64,000 nt of DNA from Bdellovibrionales bacterium (GCA_965199825.1 OZ241329.1:1888001-1952000); one strand, 5' to 3'. Shown: positions 37,232 through 48,309, numbered from the stretch's first letter. The notes: generated by a model from the sequence alone, not told the origin. Translations and numbers: made by a program.

Positions 37232-38227
37232 GTGAGTATTGATCTAGCAAATTTAAATGAGGCCATTCGTCGTGAGAGTCAGTTTGTCGAAAAAACCTTG
37301 AATGAAGTCCAGAAAATCGTGGTGGGACAAACCGAAATGCTCGAGGGCATCCTGATGGGCTTACTGACCGGGGGCCACGTCCTTTTAGAGGGTGTACCGG
37401 GTCTTGCAAAAACATTGACGATTTCAACAATCTCAAAGGCGATTTCGCTTCAGTTTCAACGCATCCAATTTACGCCTGATCTTTTACCCACCGATTTAAT
37501 CGGAACCATGATCTTTAATCCTCAGTCTGGAGAATTTGCTCCTAAAAAAGGGCCAATATTTACCAACATAGTTTTGGCCGATGAGATCAACCGTGCACCA
37601 GCAAAAGTTCAGTCCGCATTGCTTGAGGCCATGGCCGAAAAGCAGGTGACGATTGGCGACACCACTTACCGTTTAGAAAAACCTTTTTTGGTCTTGGCCA
37701 CCCAAAATCCTTTGGAACAAGAGGGAACTTACCCTTTGCCCGAAGCTCAGCTTGATCGCTTTATGTTCAAGATCGTTGTGACCTATCCAAAAAAAGAAGA
37801 AGAGCTGCAAATCTTAAACAAAATGTCTTCAGACGTTTTGCCAGACATCATTCCTGTGGTCAGTCGCGAAGAGCTATTAAGAGCAAGGTCTTTGATTGAA
37901 GGCCTTTATATGGACGATAAAATCAAAAACTATATTGTCGAAATTGTCATGGCCACAAGAAAACCAAAAGAATATGGCCTTGGCCAAATCGCAAATCTTT
38001 TGCAAGTGGGAGCTTCACCTCGGGCAACCATCAATCTGACCAAAGCGGGCCGTGCTCATGCGTTTTTGCGCGGGCGAGGATTTGTGACTGCCGAAGATAT
38101 CAAGGCTGTGGCTTATCATATTCTTCGCCATCGTTTGATTTTGTCTTATGAGGCCGAGGCCGAAGGAATTGGTGCGGAAGAAGTCATAAAAGAAGTTTTG
38201 GCTCACGTTGAGGTTCCGAAGGTTTAA
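37232..38227 (+). CDS. moxR: MoxR family AAA+ ATPase
   Basis: LEGVPGLAKT, RIQFTPDLLP, LADEINRAPAKVQSALLEAM, ATQNP. Confidence 0.97.
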   Translation: MSIDLANLNEAIRRESQFVEKTLNEVQKIVVGQTEMLEGILMGLLTGGHVLLEGVPGLAKTLTISTISKAISLQFQRIQFTPDLLPTDLIGTMIFNPQSGEFAPKKGPIFTNIVLADEINRAPAKVQSALLEAMAEKQVTIGDTTYRLEKPFLVLATQNPLEQEGTYPLPEAQLDRFMFKIVVTYPKKEEELQILNKMSSDVLPDIIPVVSREELLRARSLIEGLYMDDKIKNYIVEIVMATRKPKEYGLGQIANLLQVGASPRATINLTKAGRAHAFLRGRGFVTAEDIKAVAYHILRHRLILSYEAEAEGIGAEEVIKEVLAHVEVPKV

Positions 38228-38240
38228 AGGAACACACTCA

Positions 38241-39116
38241 ATGAGTTTACCACCAGAAATTTTAAAAAAAGTAAAACTCTTGGAAATCAGTACCAGAAAG
38301 ATTGTGAACAATCTTTTTGCGGGCGAATTCAAATCTTCATTTCGTGGGCAGGGAATGATGTTTTCTGAATTTCGCGAATATGTTCCTGGCGATGATGTCA
38401 GGCATATTTCTTGGCCATTGATGGCGCGCTCAGGAAAACTTTTTATCAAAAAATTTGATGAAGAGCGCGAGATGACATTTATGTTGGCGGTCGACATCAG
38501 TGGCTCCGGAGATTTTGGAACAAAAAAATATTTTAAAGGTGAAGTGATCAACTATATTGCGGCAATTCTTTGTTTTTCTGCGCTTCGCAATAAAGATCCT
38601 GTTGGGCTTTTGCTATTTTCTGATCGAATTGAGCACTATGTGCCACCAAAAAAGGGTCGCGGTCATGTGCACCGGATTATGCGTGATCTGTTTTTCTTTA
38701 AGCCCCAATCGCGAGGGACAAATATTTCGGTGGCGATGGATTATCTGTTGGGGGTTTTAAAAAAACGGGCAAACATTTTTATCTGCAGCGATTTTTTGGA
38801 TCGTGGATTTCAAAAAAAACTACGCCAAATTGGTAAAAAACACGATGCCGCAGCGGTGGTGGTTGGTGATCCTGCAGAACTGGATTTGCCTAATCTCGGT
38901 TTAGTGGACCTTGAGGATCCCGAGACCGGCGAGATTTTTACGGTGGACACCAGCTCAAAAACATTTCGAAATTCATTTAAACAAAAGATCACCGAGCAGC
39001 AGTTTGAGCGCGATCAAGAATTGAAGCGTTCAGGCATTGATCTGATTCCTGTGCAAACAAGCCAAGATGTGATTGAGCCCTTACTTAAATTTTTCGGCAA
39101 AAGGAGTCGCCGGTGA
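38241..39116 (+). CDS. DUF58 domain protein
   Basis: FRGQGM.FSEFREY.PGDDVRHI.W, VDISGS. Confidence 0.93.
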   Translation: MSLPPEILKKVKLLEISTRKIVNNLFAGEFKSSFRGQGMMFSEFREYVPGDDVRHISWPLMARSGKLFIKKFDEEREMTFMLAVDISGSGDFGTKKYFKGEVINYIAAILCFSALRNKDPVGLLLFSDRIEHYVPPKKGRGHVHRIMRDLFFFKPQSRGTNISVAMDYLLGVLKKRANIFICSDFLDRGFQKKLRQIGKKHDAAAVVVGDPAELDLPNLGLVDLEDPETGEIFTVDTSSKTFRNSFKQKITEQQFERDQELKRSGIDLIPVQTSQDVIEPLLKFFGKRSRR

Positions 39117-39970
39117 GCGACGTCGTTGAAAATCCCCTCTCAGTACCGGCCGAAGTGGTAAAGAATTATCCTGAATGGAATTGTGAATTTCGTTTTCCAC
39201 AAGAAAAATTAACAGCGGGATCTTTATGGCAAATGCAATGTCATGGCGATCAAGATATCGAACTTAAACCCCCACTCACGATTCAATTTCCAAAAGACGA
39301 CCAGAGTTATGCTTTACAAATCTTGGAAGTCAAAAACTTAACTCCACGTGGTGGGGATTTTTTGGTAACCGGATACCGGCCTGGTGAACATCAGCCGCCC
39401 TATGTGGTGATCACCGATTACAAATCGGCCATCCGTGTGGACAATCTCAAATGGAAAATTGAGAGCGTGATTGAACAAAACCAAGCCCAACCGCCCCAAC
39501 CATTTCCGCCTTATGGGCCCTTTAACTTGTCGCCACCTTGGTGGTATCAGGTTTCATTTTATGGAGTAGGCATCCTTGTTTTAGCCATCCTCTGTGCGGC
39601 ACTGATTTTATTTTTAAAAAAACAAAAAAATCAACGTCAGCTGATTAAATTAAATTCTGCTCTTACCCCGTACATGCAGTTTCATAAAAATATTCGTGGG
39701 CTCGATATGACTAAGGATGTAAGAAGCGAAATTGAACAAGTCATTCGACTCTATGTTTCGCGGCGATTTCAATTTTATGCTATTGATTTAAAGCCCAAAC
39801 GAATTTTAGCAAAAATAAAAACTCAATTGTCTCACGATCAGTTTGAAAGTTTTAAAAATTTAATTCTCGAGCTTGGTTCTTTAAATAATCAATCGCTGGA
39901 TACCAACGATTCTCAGCAACTGATTCTTATGGCCCAAAATACGGTGGATGAACTGGAGAAATCGCGGTGA
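39113..39970 (+). CDS. Bat-operon membrane-anchored hypothetical protein
   Basis: Single TM segment; located between DUF58 and batA. Confidence 0.75.
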   Translation: MSDVVENPLSVPAEVVKNYPEWNCEFRFPQEKLTAGSLWQMQCHGDQDIELKPPLTIQFPKDDQSYALQILEVKNLTPRGGDFLVTGYRPGEHQPPYVVITDYKSAIRVDNLKWKIESVIEQNQAQPPQPFPPYGPFNLSPPWWYQVSFYGVGILVLAILCAALILFLKKQKNQRQLIKLNSALTPYMQFHKNIRGLDMTKDVRSEIEQVIRLYVSRRFQFYAIDLKPKRILAKIKTQLSHDQFESFKNLILELGSLNNQSLDTNDSQQLILMAQNTVDELEKSR

Positions 39971-40974
39971 TCACCTGGCATAATCCAGAAGCATTTTTAT
40001 TATTCCTAGCACTGCCAATCGTGTGTGCGTGGATTTTTTATCGTCGTAAAAAATTAAAACCCACATTGCAGTTCAGTGGTGTGGCCCAATTTCAAAACAT
40101 AAAAAAAACACCGCGGATGTTTTTTAAGCACTTGCCTCTGATTTTAAAATTATTCTCGTTTATTTTTGCAATCTTGGCACTTGCGCGTCCTCAGTTGGTC
40201 GATCAAAAAATAAAACGCAATGTCGAAGGTATTGATATTATGATCACCCTCGATATTTCGGATTCGATGTTGATTGAGGATATGCAGCCCGAAAATCGCC
40301 TCGAATCCTCAAAGTACATGATTCAAAAATTTATCGAAGGGCGCTCCTCAGACCGGATCGGTCTGGTTATTTTTTCGGGCGAGAGTTATACGCGCGTGCC
40401 GCTCACACTTGATTATCCGCTACTCCTTAAAAGTGTAAAAGCCATTGAGATCACCAGAAATATAAAAATGGGCACTGCTATTGGGGTGGCCCTGGCCAAT
40501 GCGGTTGCTCGACTCAAAGAATCCACCGCAAAAAGTCGGGTGATTGTGTTTTTAACCGATGGCGAAAACAACACAGGCACGATTGATCCGATCACCGCTC
40601 TTGATATTGCCAAAGGTTATAAAATTCGAGTCTACAGTATCGGTATGGGTAAGGATGGCGAGTCGCAATTGCCGGTCTATCTTGAAGACAGTATGGGTCG
40701 ACGAATCAAACGCTATCGCCCAATTCACTCGGATATCAATGTAGAATTGTTAGAACGGATGGCTTCCGAAACCGGTGGAAAATTTTGGCGCGCCACCACA
40801 GGTAAGGCTTTAGAAGAAGCCTTTAAGGAAATTGATTCGCTCGAAAAAACCCAAATTGAACTTAACCAATATTCTAAATATACCGAAAAATATCTTTTGT
40901 TTTTAGAAATCGCGGCCGCCCTTTACGCACTCTCATTAGTTTTATCCCGAACCCTCTTAAGGCGGATGCCATGA
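39967..40974 (+). CDS. batA: BatA-like vWA domain membrane protein
   Basis: ALARPQ, DISDSM (MIDAS), PLTLDY, GTAIG, LTDGENN. Confidence 0.92.
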   Translation: MITWHNPEAFLLFLALPIVCAWIFYRRKKLKPTLQFSGVAQFQNIKKTPRMFFKHLPLILKLFSFIFAILALARPQLVDQKIKRNVEGIDIMITLDISDSMLIEDMQPENRLESSKYMIQKFIEGRSSDRIGLVIFSGESYTRVPLTLDYPLLLKSVKAIEITRNIKMGTAIGVALANAVARLKESTAKSRVIVFLTDGENNTGTIDPITALDIAKGYKIRVYSIGMGKDGESQLPVYLEDSMGRRIKRYRPIHSDINVELLERMASETGGKFWRATTGKALEEAFKEIDSLEKTQIELNQYSKYTEKYLLFLEIAAALYALSLVLSRTLLRRMP

Positions 40975-42035
40975 CATTTCGATTTGCGCATCCCGAAGCC
41001 TTCCAGATTTTGTGGCTCTTGGGCTTACTTCTTTTGTTTACGGTGTGGACTTGGAAAAAACAGTCGGCGGTTTTAAAACAATCGATTGATGCGCGTCTCT
41101 TGCCATTTTTAACCGAATCCTTTTCAAAGCTTCGACGCCGAATCAAACTGACTCTTCAAAGTGTTGTCTTTATTTTATTCATCATTGCTCTTGCGCGCCC
41201 ACAATCGGTTGAGCTGAAAGAAAAAGTAAAGTCCGAAGGTGTTGAGCTCATGATTTTGGTGGATGTGTCCCAAAGTATGGAGGCCGAAGACGTGAAACCC
41301 TCACGGCTTGAATTGGCAAAGCGTGAAATTTCGCACCTTCTTGATTTATCGATTGGCGACCGTGTGGGGCTGATTGCATTTGCCGGATCCGCAATTCTTT
41401 TGTCGCCTATGACCACCGATCGCAATGCTCTCAAGATGTATGTGGAATCTTTAAGTCCCCAATCTGTTTCTGAACAAGGTACCGAATTTCGCAAGGCTCT
41501 TAAAGAAGCCGAGCAGGCATTTTCGCGTGGGGGAGTCGAGGGCGGTGAAAACAGTGTGACCACCCGAGCGATCGTGATCGTATCAGATGGTGAGGATCAA
41601 GAGCCCGGCGCAACCGACAGTGCAAAAAAATTAGTGGATAAAGGGATACGCATATTTTCGCTAATTGTAGGTACCGAAAAAGGGGCGCCAATTCCGGTTC
41701 GAGATGATCATGGAAGTCTTCAAGGATATCTTAAAGATTCTAAAGGCCAAGTGGTTCTCACCCAGACTAAGGGGAGTGCTTTGCAGAGCTTGGCCGAGGC
41801 AGGACGCGGAAGTTTTCATCAATTGGTTTTTGGTGGCACAAGTATCAAAGCGTTGAACGAGGATTTGCAGCGTTTGCAAAAAAGCGTTTTTGATCAAACC
41901 GAACTCACGGTTTACAATGAGCGCTACCAACCGTTTTTATTTTTTGGTTTTTTGATTGCTCTTTTAGAGTTTATTTTTGCTGAGCGTGCCCAAAGAAATA
42001 AAATTTGGCGTGGCCGCTTTGAGGTCAAAAAATGA
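40971..42035 (+). CDS. batB: BatB-like vWA domain membrane protein
   Basis: DVSQSM.AEDVKPSRL, SDGED, GT..GAPIP. Confidence 0.9.
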   Translation: MTFRFAHPEAFQILWLLGLLLLFTVWTWKKQSAVLKQSIDARLLPFLTESFSKLRRRIKLTLQSVVFILFIIALARPQSVELKEKVKSEGVELMILVDVSQSMEAEDVKPSRLELAKREISHLLDLSIGDRVGLIAFAGSAILLSPMTTDRNALKMYVESLSPQSVSEQGTEFRKALKEAEQAFSRGGVEGGENSVTTRAIVIVSDGEDQEPGATDSAKKLVDKGIRIFSLIVGTEKGAPIPVRDDHGSLQGYLKDSKGQVVLTQTKGSALQSLAEAGRGSFHQLVFGGTSIKALNEDLQRLQKSVFDQTELTVYNERYQPFLFFGFLIALLEFIFAERAQRNKIWRGRFEVKK

Positions 42036-42703
42036 AATGGATTTTACTTATTGGTTTTGCATTTGGAGCCTCTGTGGAGTCGGTCAAACACAACGCCAAA
42101 GGAAATTCATTTTTACAAAACAAAAACTATTATCAAGCCTATCAAGAATATTTAAAAGCATTAAGCCTTGAGCCATTTTCAAGTGAGGTCTATCTCAACT
42201 TAGGTTTAAGTTATCAGACCAATGAAGAATTCGATAAGGCCCTAAAAGCCTATCAAATGATTGATCATCTTCCAGGATTAAATCCCGAAGGTCAGTTTTA
42301 TGCCCACTTTAATGCAGCCACCGTTTTTGGAGCCAAAAGCGAAATTGCAAATGCACTTCACGAATATAGCGAAGCGCTCAAATACAATCCCCAATCAAAA
42401 GAGGTAAAAACCAATATCGAACTCTTGCTCAAGCAAAATGGGGGCGGTGGCAAAGGCGGCGGTAAAGATAAAAACAAAGATAAGAATAAAGATAAAAACA
42501 AAGACAAAGATAAAGATCAAAAAGAGAAGGGCGATAAAGAGCCCGAAAAAAAAGACAAGCAACCCCAAAAATTTGAGAGCCAAAAATTAAGTGGTGAAGA
42601 TGTGCGAAAAATTCTTGAGGAGCTCAAAAATCAAGAGCAGCAAATTCGTGCGGAGATGAACCGGAAAGAATCCAAGGAGAACCCACGTGAAAAAAATTGG
42701 TAG
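42032..42703 (+). CDS. batC: BatC-like TPR protein
   Basis: TPR repeats, low-complexity linker, C-terminal ILEEL..E..KNW. Confidence 0.85.
   Translation: MKWILLIGFAFGASVESVKHNAKGNSFLQNKNYYQAYQEYLKALSLEPFSSEVYLNLGLSYQTNEEFDKALKAYQMIDHLPGLNPEGQFYAHFNAATVFGAKSEIANALHEYSEALKYNPQSKEVKTNIELLLKQNGGGGKGGGKDKNKDKNKDKNKDKDKDQKEKGDKEPEKKDKQPQKFESQKLSGEDVRKILEELKNQEQQIRAEMNRKESKENPREKNW
42464..42517 (+). repeat. Imperfect 12-nt tandem repeat encoding (KDKN)n/KD
   Basis: AAAGATAAAAAC AAAGATAAGAAT AAAGATAAAAAC AAAGACAAAGAT. Confidence 0.7.
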
Positions 42704-44525
42704 CTTATTGCTGTTTTTATTTCCTTTCATCGCCTTTGCAAAAGTCAGTGTGGAGTCGAGCGTTCCAAAAACAAATATGGCCAAAGGCGAAAGTTTTGTT
42801 TTTTCGGTCGTCGTCAATTCCGAAAGCTCGATCAATTCGGATGAACCCAGATTGAGCGATCTCAAAGGATTTAAGCTCAATCGATCTTGGTCAGGATCAC
42901 AATCCCAGTCCACCTACGCCAATGGAAATTTTGAAGTTCTTCAAACTCGCTCTTACAATTATGAACTTGTGGCCACAAGAAATGGTCGACTTGAAATTGG
43001 TCCCGCCGAGGTCAATGTGGACGGCAATGTTTATAAGACTCAGCCGATTGTGCTCAATGTGCAGGGTGAGGCTTCACGAAATTCTCCAAACCCACAACCC
43101 TTGAGCGATGACGATCCAATAGAAGATTTGTTTAATCAAATGGTTCAGCGGCATCAAAAATTCTTTAAAGGTGGCAACCCGCCGCCAACCCAAACTCAGC
43201 CCACAAATGCCAACGAACTTTTTTCGATCGAAGCCGAAGTGGATAAAACCACCGCCTACACGGGTGAGCAAATCACCGCAAATTGGTATCTGTATACCCG
43301 CGGCATTATCAGAGATATTGATACACTCAAATACCCTTCGCTTTCGGGATTTTGGAAAGAGGAAATTGAACTCGCCACCCGCCTTAATTTTGAAAACTAT
43401 GTGGCTAATGGAGTGATGTACAAAAGAGCCCTTCTTGCAAGCTACGCTCTTTTTCCAATTAAAGAGGGGGCAGTTGAGATAGATCCCTACAAAGCAAAAT
43501 GTGTGGTGTTAACCGGAGATGCCTTTGGTTTTTCGCGGCCCTATCAGTTTACCAAAGGTTCAAAGCCGATGACGGTCACCGTGAAGCCTTTGCCGCTTGA
43601 TGGAAAACCAAAAGACTTTTCGGGCGCGGTGGGTGAATTTCAGGTGAACGCCAGCGTGGATCAAACAAATGTTCCACTCAATCAACCAATCACCCTTAAA
43701 ATCCGATTTGAGGGTCATGGCAACGCAAAGCTGATTGATTTACCGCCTCTGAATTTGCCCGAAAATCTTGAGCTCTATGATACCAAAAAAGAGTCCAAAT
43801 TTTTTCGTGATGGTCACAGTTATAAAGAATTTGAGGTTTTGCTGATTCCAAGAAAAGAAGGACTCATCGAAATTCCTCCCATCACGGTCAGTGTATTTAA
43901 TCCCACCACCGCAACCTATGTGGCTCAGGCGACAAACAGTTTTAAGATTCAGGTGCTCCCAAGTACGGGTGCAGCACCTATGAACTCGATTCCGTCACCT
44001 TTAGAAAAACCGGTGGCACAGGTGCCGCAGGCGCTCACACCTTTTGTTAGTTTAAATACTGAGAGTGAATTTCCACTTTGGATTTTTGGATTGCTGTTCT
44101 TGGGTTCAACACTCTTTTTTATTTTTAAAGGGATCAAAGAATATCAAGGCCGTTCAAATAAAGATCGGCTTAAAAAACGGCTCAAATTGCGATTAAAAAC
44201 ATTTAAAGATTTGATTAAAAAATCAGATTTTCGTGAAGTGGGTCTTCAAGCAACAAATCTTATTTATTTAGTGCTGGGCGAATTGGCCGGCCAAGGCGGG
44301 GCGAGTCGCGAGTTTGAAGTTTTATTGCGGGATGGACCACCCAGTGTGCGTCGTGAAATTGGCGATCAGCTGCGCAAGGTCCTAAGCTTGAGTGAGTCTT
44401 TGGCATTCGCGCCCGAGCACACAGTTGAAGAACTCAAATCAAAAGCCCGCTTACAAAGTTTTATTAGCGAGCTTGAAAAAACTCTGCATCAGGCTGTGCT
44501 TATGGCAGAAGAAAGGGGCCGATGA
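42687..44525 (+). CDS. batD: BatD family protein
   Basis: Signal peptide, Ig-like repeats, PLP..GKP.DFSGAVGEF, C-terminal TM segment. Confidence 0.9.
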   Translation: MKKIGSLLLFLFPFIAFAKVSVESSVPKTNMAKGESFVFSVVVNSESSINSDEPRLSDLKGFKLNRSWSGSQSQSTYANGNFEVLQTRSYNYELVATRNGRLEIGPAEVNVDGNVYKTQPIVLNVQGEASRNSPNPQPLSDDDPIEDLFNQMVQRHQKFFKGGNPPPTQTQPTNANELFSIEAEVDKTTAYTGEQITANWYLYTRGIIRDIDTLKYPSLSGFWKEEIELATRLNFENYVANGVMYKRALLASYALFPIKEGAVEIDPYKAKCVVLTGDAFGFSRPYQFTKGSKPMTVTVKPLPLDGKPKDFSGAVGEFQVNASVDQTNVPLNQPITLKIRFEGHGNAKLIDLPPLNLPENLELYDTKKESKFFRDGHSYKEFEVLLIPRKEGLIEIPPITVSVFNPTTATYVAQATNSFKIQVLPSTGAAPMNSIPSPLEKPVAQVPQALTPFVSLNTESEFPLWIFGLLFLGSTLFFIFKGIKEYQGRSNKDRLKKRLKLRLKTFKDLIKKSDFREVGLQATNLIYLVLGELAGQGGASREFEVLLRDGPPSVRREIGDQLRKVLSLSESLAFAPEHTVEELKSKARLQSFISELEKTLHQAVLMAEERGR

Positions 44526-46720
44526 ACTTTATTTTATTCTTGAGCCTATGGACGGTGCAGGGCGAAACCCTCAAACTTTCAATCACCGATAAATGGAATA
44601 CTTCAAGAGCGATTTATGGCGAAACTAAAAATCAGCCGCCCTTGATGCAAGCAAAAGCGGCGCTCCTCGCCGAGGATTTTCGCAAGTGCTACGCTCTGAC
44701 ATTGAAAGGAATAAATTCTGAGCCATTGCTCAAACTTTGGCTTTCGCTCCAGCTTCTAGAATGTGCCTTGGGCGAAGCCCAAGATCCAAAAGTGGGGGTG
44801 GATCATTTGGTGCAGGCCACAACTCGCATCAAACCGCATTTTGAGTGGTTTGCCAAAGGGGGCCAAACCTCAAAACTTAAAAATAATTATGTCGAAGCAT
44901 TGTTATTGATTTCGGAGCGCTCAATAAAAACCGGCCGAACTGCGGCAACAAAAGCGCTTCGCGAACTTGAAGAACTTCGCGCCTGGCTCACCAAAGATCA
45001 GTTGGCTTCGGTGTTTCGACTTTCAGGCGAACTTCAATTTTTGGCCCAAAATCTGATTGCTGCCGAGGATTTTTTTTCGCGAAGTTTGGAGCTTCATGAC
45101 AGTGAAGACTTAAGAGCCCGCATTGAGGCCTTAAGAAAATCTTTGCCCTTGCGTGAAAAAATCGATCTTGCCCCACCTCGCGTGACGGTCTTACTCCAAC
45201 AAAACTTAGAAGCCACCGAAACCGAAGAGAATTTATATCAGCGCATCAGTTCGGCTCTCAAATCGGGTGATCCAGTGGCTGCGGCAACCGATGGACTTCG
45301 ATTGTTTGAGCAATTTCCTGGCGGCCGCAGAGCCAAGTGGACCCAAGATCGATTAATCGAAGCCTTTATTTTGACTCTTCAGCGGACCGAACCCGATGTG
45401 AATTTATCAAAGGATCGAATGCTTCGTCTGTTACTCAAAAGTGATGGAGGTCGCCTTTTTGATTGGGCTCAGGTGCTGTTCCAAAAAGGATTTTATAGTG
45501 AAGCCCTTGAGTTTTCGCAAAAAAGTTATTCGCAGCTGCGAGGAATTTATCCCACAACAAAAATTTTACGTCTCGCAAGTCGGGCGGCCTTGCTGATTGG
45601 TGATGATAAAACTGCATATAAAAATTTTGAAATTCTGATGCGCGAGCATGCTGGAACCCCCGAAGCGGTAGAAGCCCATTTTCGTCGCGGTCTGTTGTAT
45701 TATCGTCGCGCCCAGTGGTCGGATGCGGTTGCAAGCTTTGAGCGTGTGCAAGTTTTAACAGGTGCCGAAGATTATCAGTACTCCGCTCTTTACTGGTATT
45801 GGCGCTCTCTTCAAAAAATGAATTCCGAAAAGGCCTTACCCGCTGCCGAAATGCTCGTGCGAAAATATCCGTTAAGTTACTATGGGCTTAAAAGCCGCGC
45901 CGAACTCAATAACGGTGTGCTCGAACTTCCAAAAGAGACCAAGCCTTTAAAAGCCGAAATTTTACTCACAAACGAAGAGTCCGAAACCTTTAAGCGATTT
46001 CAAAAACTGGTGGCGCTCAATTATTTTAAAGAGGCGCAAGAGGAACTCAAGTTTTTACCCAAAGGCCACACGCCTCAACAAAAATTATTGATGTCGAGAT
46101 TTGCAATCGAAGCCTTTGACAATAACCAAGCCTTTTCGATTTTAAATCAGGCCTTTGATCAAAATCCAAGCTTACTTCGGCTTGATACATTGGCACTTTC
46201 ATTTCCCAAAGAATTTAGCGCGATCACAAGCACTGAATCTAAAAAATATGTGCTCCAAGAAAATTTGCTGCAAGCCTTAATGAGACAAGAAAGCGGCTTT
46301 AAAACCGAAGCCGTTTCGAGCGGGCAGGCTTACGGACTGATGCAATTGCAATTGCCCACCGCAAAAGAGATTGGGGCCGAGTTGAATTTAAAATCTCGAC
46401 TCGAAAATCCAAAAGCTCTGTTTGAACCCGCACTCAATATTAAAATCGGAGCCCTTTACCTTTCGCGTTTATTGAGAAATTATAAAGGATCACTCCCGTT
46501 GGCGTTGGCCGCCTACAATGTGGGTCAAGGGCGAATGAAGCGGTTTTTAAATGCCCGCTCCGATGCCGCCGATGTCGAAGGACATGACGAGGATTTATGG
46601 GTGGATGAGTTGCCCTGGCCTGAGACGAGTTTTTATGTAAAAGCCGTCCTGCGCAATTATATTATCTACCAATGGCTAGAAAAGGGCGAACTCAAGCTGT
46701 TAAGCCCCGTCTGGAAATAA
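44522..46720 (+). CDS. TPR-containing soluble lytic transglycosylase (Slt70-like)
   Basis: MRQES, A.GLMQL, ALAAYN.G, ET..YVK; superhelical TPR N-terminal region. Confidence 0.9.
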   Translation: MNFILFLSLWTVQGETLKLSITDKWNTSRAIYGETKNQPPLMQAKAALLAEDFRKCYALTLKGINSEPLLKLWLSLQLLECALGEAQDPKVGVDHLVQATTRIKPHFEWFAKGGQTSKLKNNYVEALLLISERSIKTGRTAATKALRELEELRAWLTKDQLASVFRLSGELQFLAQNLIAAEDFFSRSLELHDSEDLRARIEALRKSLPLREKIDLAPPRVTVLLQQNLEATETEENLYQRISSALKSGDPVAAATDGLRLFEQFPGGRRAKWTQDRLIEAFILTLQRTEPDVNLSKDRMLRLLLKSDGGRLFDWAQVLFQKGFYSEALEFSQKSYSQLRGIYPTTKILRLASRAALLIGDDKTAYKNFEILMREHAGTPEAVEAHFRRGLLYYRRAQWSDAVASFERVQVLTGAEDYQYSALYWYWRSLQKMNSEKALPAAEMLVRKYPLSYYGLKSRAELNNGVLELPKETKPLKAEILLTNEESETFKRFQKLVALNYFKEAQEELKFLPKGHTPQQKLLMSRFAIEAFDNNQAFSILNQAFDQNPSLLRLDTLALSFPKEFSAITSTESKKYVLQENLLQALMRQESGFKTEAVSSGQAYGLMQLQLPTAKEIGAELNLKSRLENPKALFEPALNIKIGALYLSRLLRNYKGSLPLALAAYNVGQGRMKRFLNARSDAADVEGHDEDLWVDELPWPETSFYVKAVLRNYIIYQWLEKGELKLLSPVWK

Positions 46721-46788
46721 TTGGACGTTTTAAAATTTGCGGAGAACAAATGCGTCTTGCTATGATGTAAGGGAGGGTAAAATATCAC

Positions 46789-48309
46789 ATGAGAAGATAC
46801 GTTTTAGTTTTATTGAGTAGCCTTTTTATTTCGGCTTGTGCGTCCCATCCAAAAACGAGCGAAGTTGTCGAAGATTCAGAAACTTCGGTGAGTAAAACTG
46901 AAGTCTCAAGTTCTGTGATCGAACATAATGCCGAGCAATCCTACCATAGTGAATATGGTGAGGTGAATCTTAAGCAAAACAGTATGGTCGAAAAATGGAT
47001 CGGATATTTTCAGGGCAAAGGCCGCCGCTGGATGGATCTTTACCTCAGCAGATCCACTCGCTACATGCCAATGATGAAAAATACCTTGCGCGAATATGGT
47101 CTTCCAGAAGATTTAGTTTTTGTCTCGATGATTGAATCTGGATTTAGCCCGATGGCGCGCTCGCGTGCAGCTGCGGTGGGGTATTGGCAATTTATCAAGC
47201 CCACCGCAAAAACTTATGGATTAACCGTAAATCAATATATAGACGAGCGACGTGATCCTGTTTTGTCCACTCGAGCTGCTGCCGAATATTTTAAAGCTCT
47301 TTATACCTTGTTTGGATCGTGGCACTTAGCACTTGCAAGCTACAACTCCGGCGAAAACAGAGTCAAAAGTGTCGTGATGAAAACCTTTACCCGCGATTTT
47401 TGGGAGCTTGTGCGGTTAAGAAAAATTCCACCAGAGACCCAAAATTATGTGCCAAAATTTATTGCTGCAGCATTGATCGCAAAAGATCCGGCAAAATATG
47501 GATTTAACGAAATCAGCTTTGAGCCCGCATTAAATTACGACACCGTGAATTTGAAACACGGCATCAGTCTTAAAAAGTTAGCAACCGCTCTGAATATTGA
47601 CGACGAAGAATTAAAACTCCTCAATCCTAAATACCGCAGCGATTATGTGCCCACCGCTCCTCGCGGCGATACCGTGTTTCGTGTGCCCTCGGGTAAAAAA
47701 GATCAAGCCCTTGCAAGTCTTGAATCGGCAAATATGGAAACACCAAAAATCATTGCGGGTGATGATGAAACTTACCGCATTCGCAGTGGAGATTCACTGA
47801 GTACGATTGCTCATAAGCATGGAACATCGGTGCACACACTTCTAAAACTCAATCACTTTAATGGACACCAACTATTGAGAGTGGGATCGAGCATTCGTGT
47901 GCCCGAGCGATTTGTGGCCGAAGAAACTGTGACATCTAGAAAACCAACCCAGGCCGATGGATCTCACGTGGTCCGTCGCGGCGAAAATTTGTCTACCATC
48001 GCTCGCATGTACAACCTTACTTTGGATGAGCTCAAGCGATTAAACAAACTCTCACGCCGTTCGACCATTCGTACCGGGGATCGATTGATCATTCGCGGTG
48101 CGAGCGAAAAGGTTGAAATTAAAAATGCCGAATCCCGCTCGCTTGTGCGGATAAAGACCAATCCGCATCTTCATGTGGTTCGTCGCGGTGAAACCCTTCG
48201 CCACATTGCAAAGAAGTACAATATTCCTCTTGCTCGATTGCTCGCACTCAATGATCTACAAAGCCGCTCAAGTGTAGGCATTGGGAGCTCGATTCGTATT
48301 TCTAAATAA
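46789..48309 (+). CDS. MltD-like lytic transglycosylase lipoprotein with three LysM domains
   Basis: Lipobox ISAC, IESGF, GYWQF, DERRDP, ASYNSGE, ETQNYVPK; three LysM repeats. Confidence 0.93.
   Translation: MRRYVLVLLSSLFISACASHPKTSEVVEDSETSVSKTEVSSSVIEHNAEQSYHSEYGEVNLKQNSMVEKWIGYFQGKGRRWMDLYLSRSTRYMPMMKNTLREYGLPEDLVFVSMIESGFSPMARSRAAAVGYWQFIKPTAKTYGLTVNQYIDERRDPVLSTRAAAEYFKALYTLFGSWHLALASYNSGENRVKSVVMKTFTRDFWELVRLRKIPPETQNYVPKFIAAALIAKDPAKYGFNEISFEPALNYDTVNLKHGISLKKLATALNIDDEELKLLNPKYRSDYVPTAPRGDTVFRVPSGKKDQALASLESANMETPKIIAGDDETYRIRSGDSLSTIAHKHGTSVHTLLKLNHFNGHQLLRVGSSIRVPERFVAEETVTSRKPTQADGSHVVRRGENLSTIARMYNLTLDELKRLNKLSRRSTIRTGDRLIIRGASEKVEIKNAESRSLVRIKTNPHLHVVRRGETLRHIAKKYNIPLARLLALNDLQSRSSVGIGSSIRISK

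Noticed and set aside
42464..42517. Tandem repeat as a possible CRISPR or contingency locus
   Set aside because: In-frame low-complexity linker typical of BatC; no spacers or cas genes
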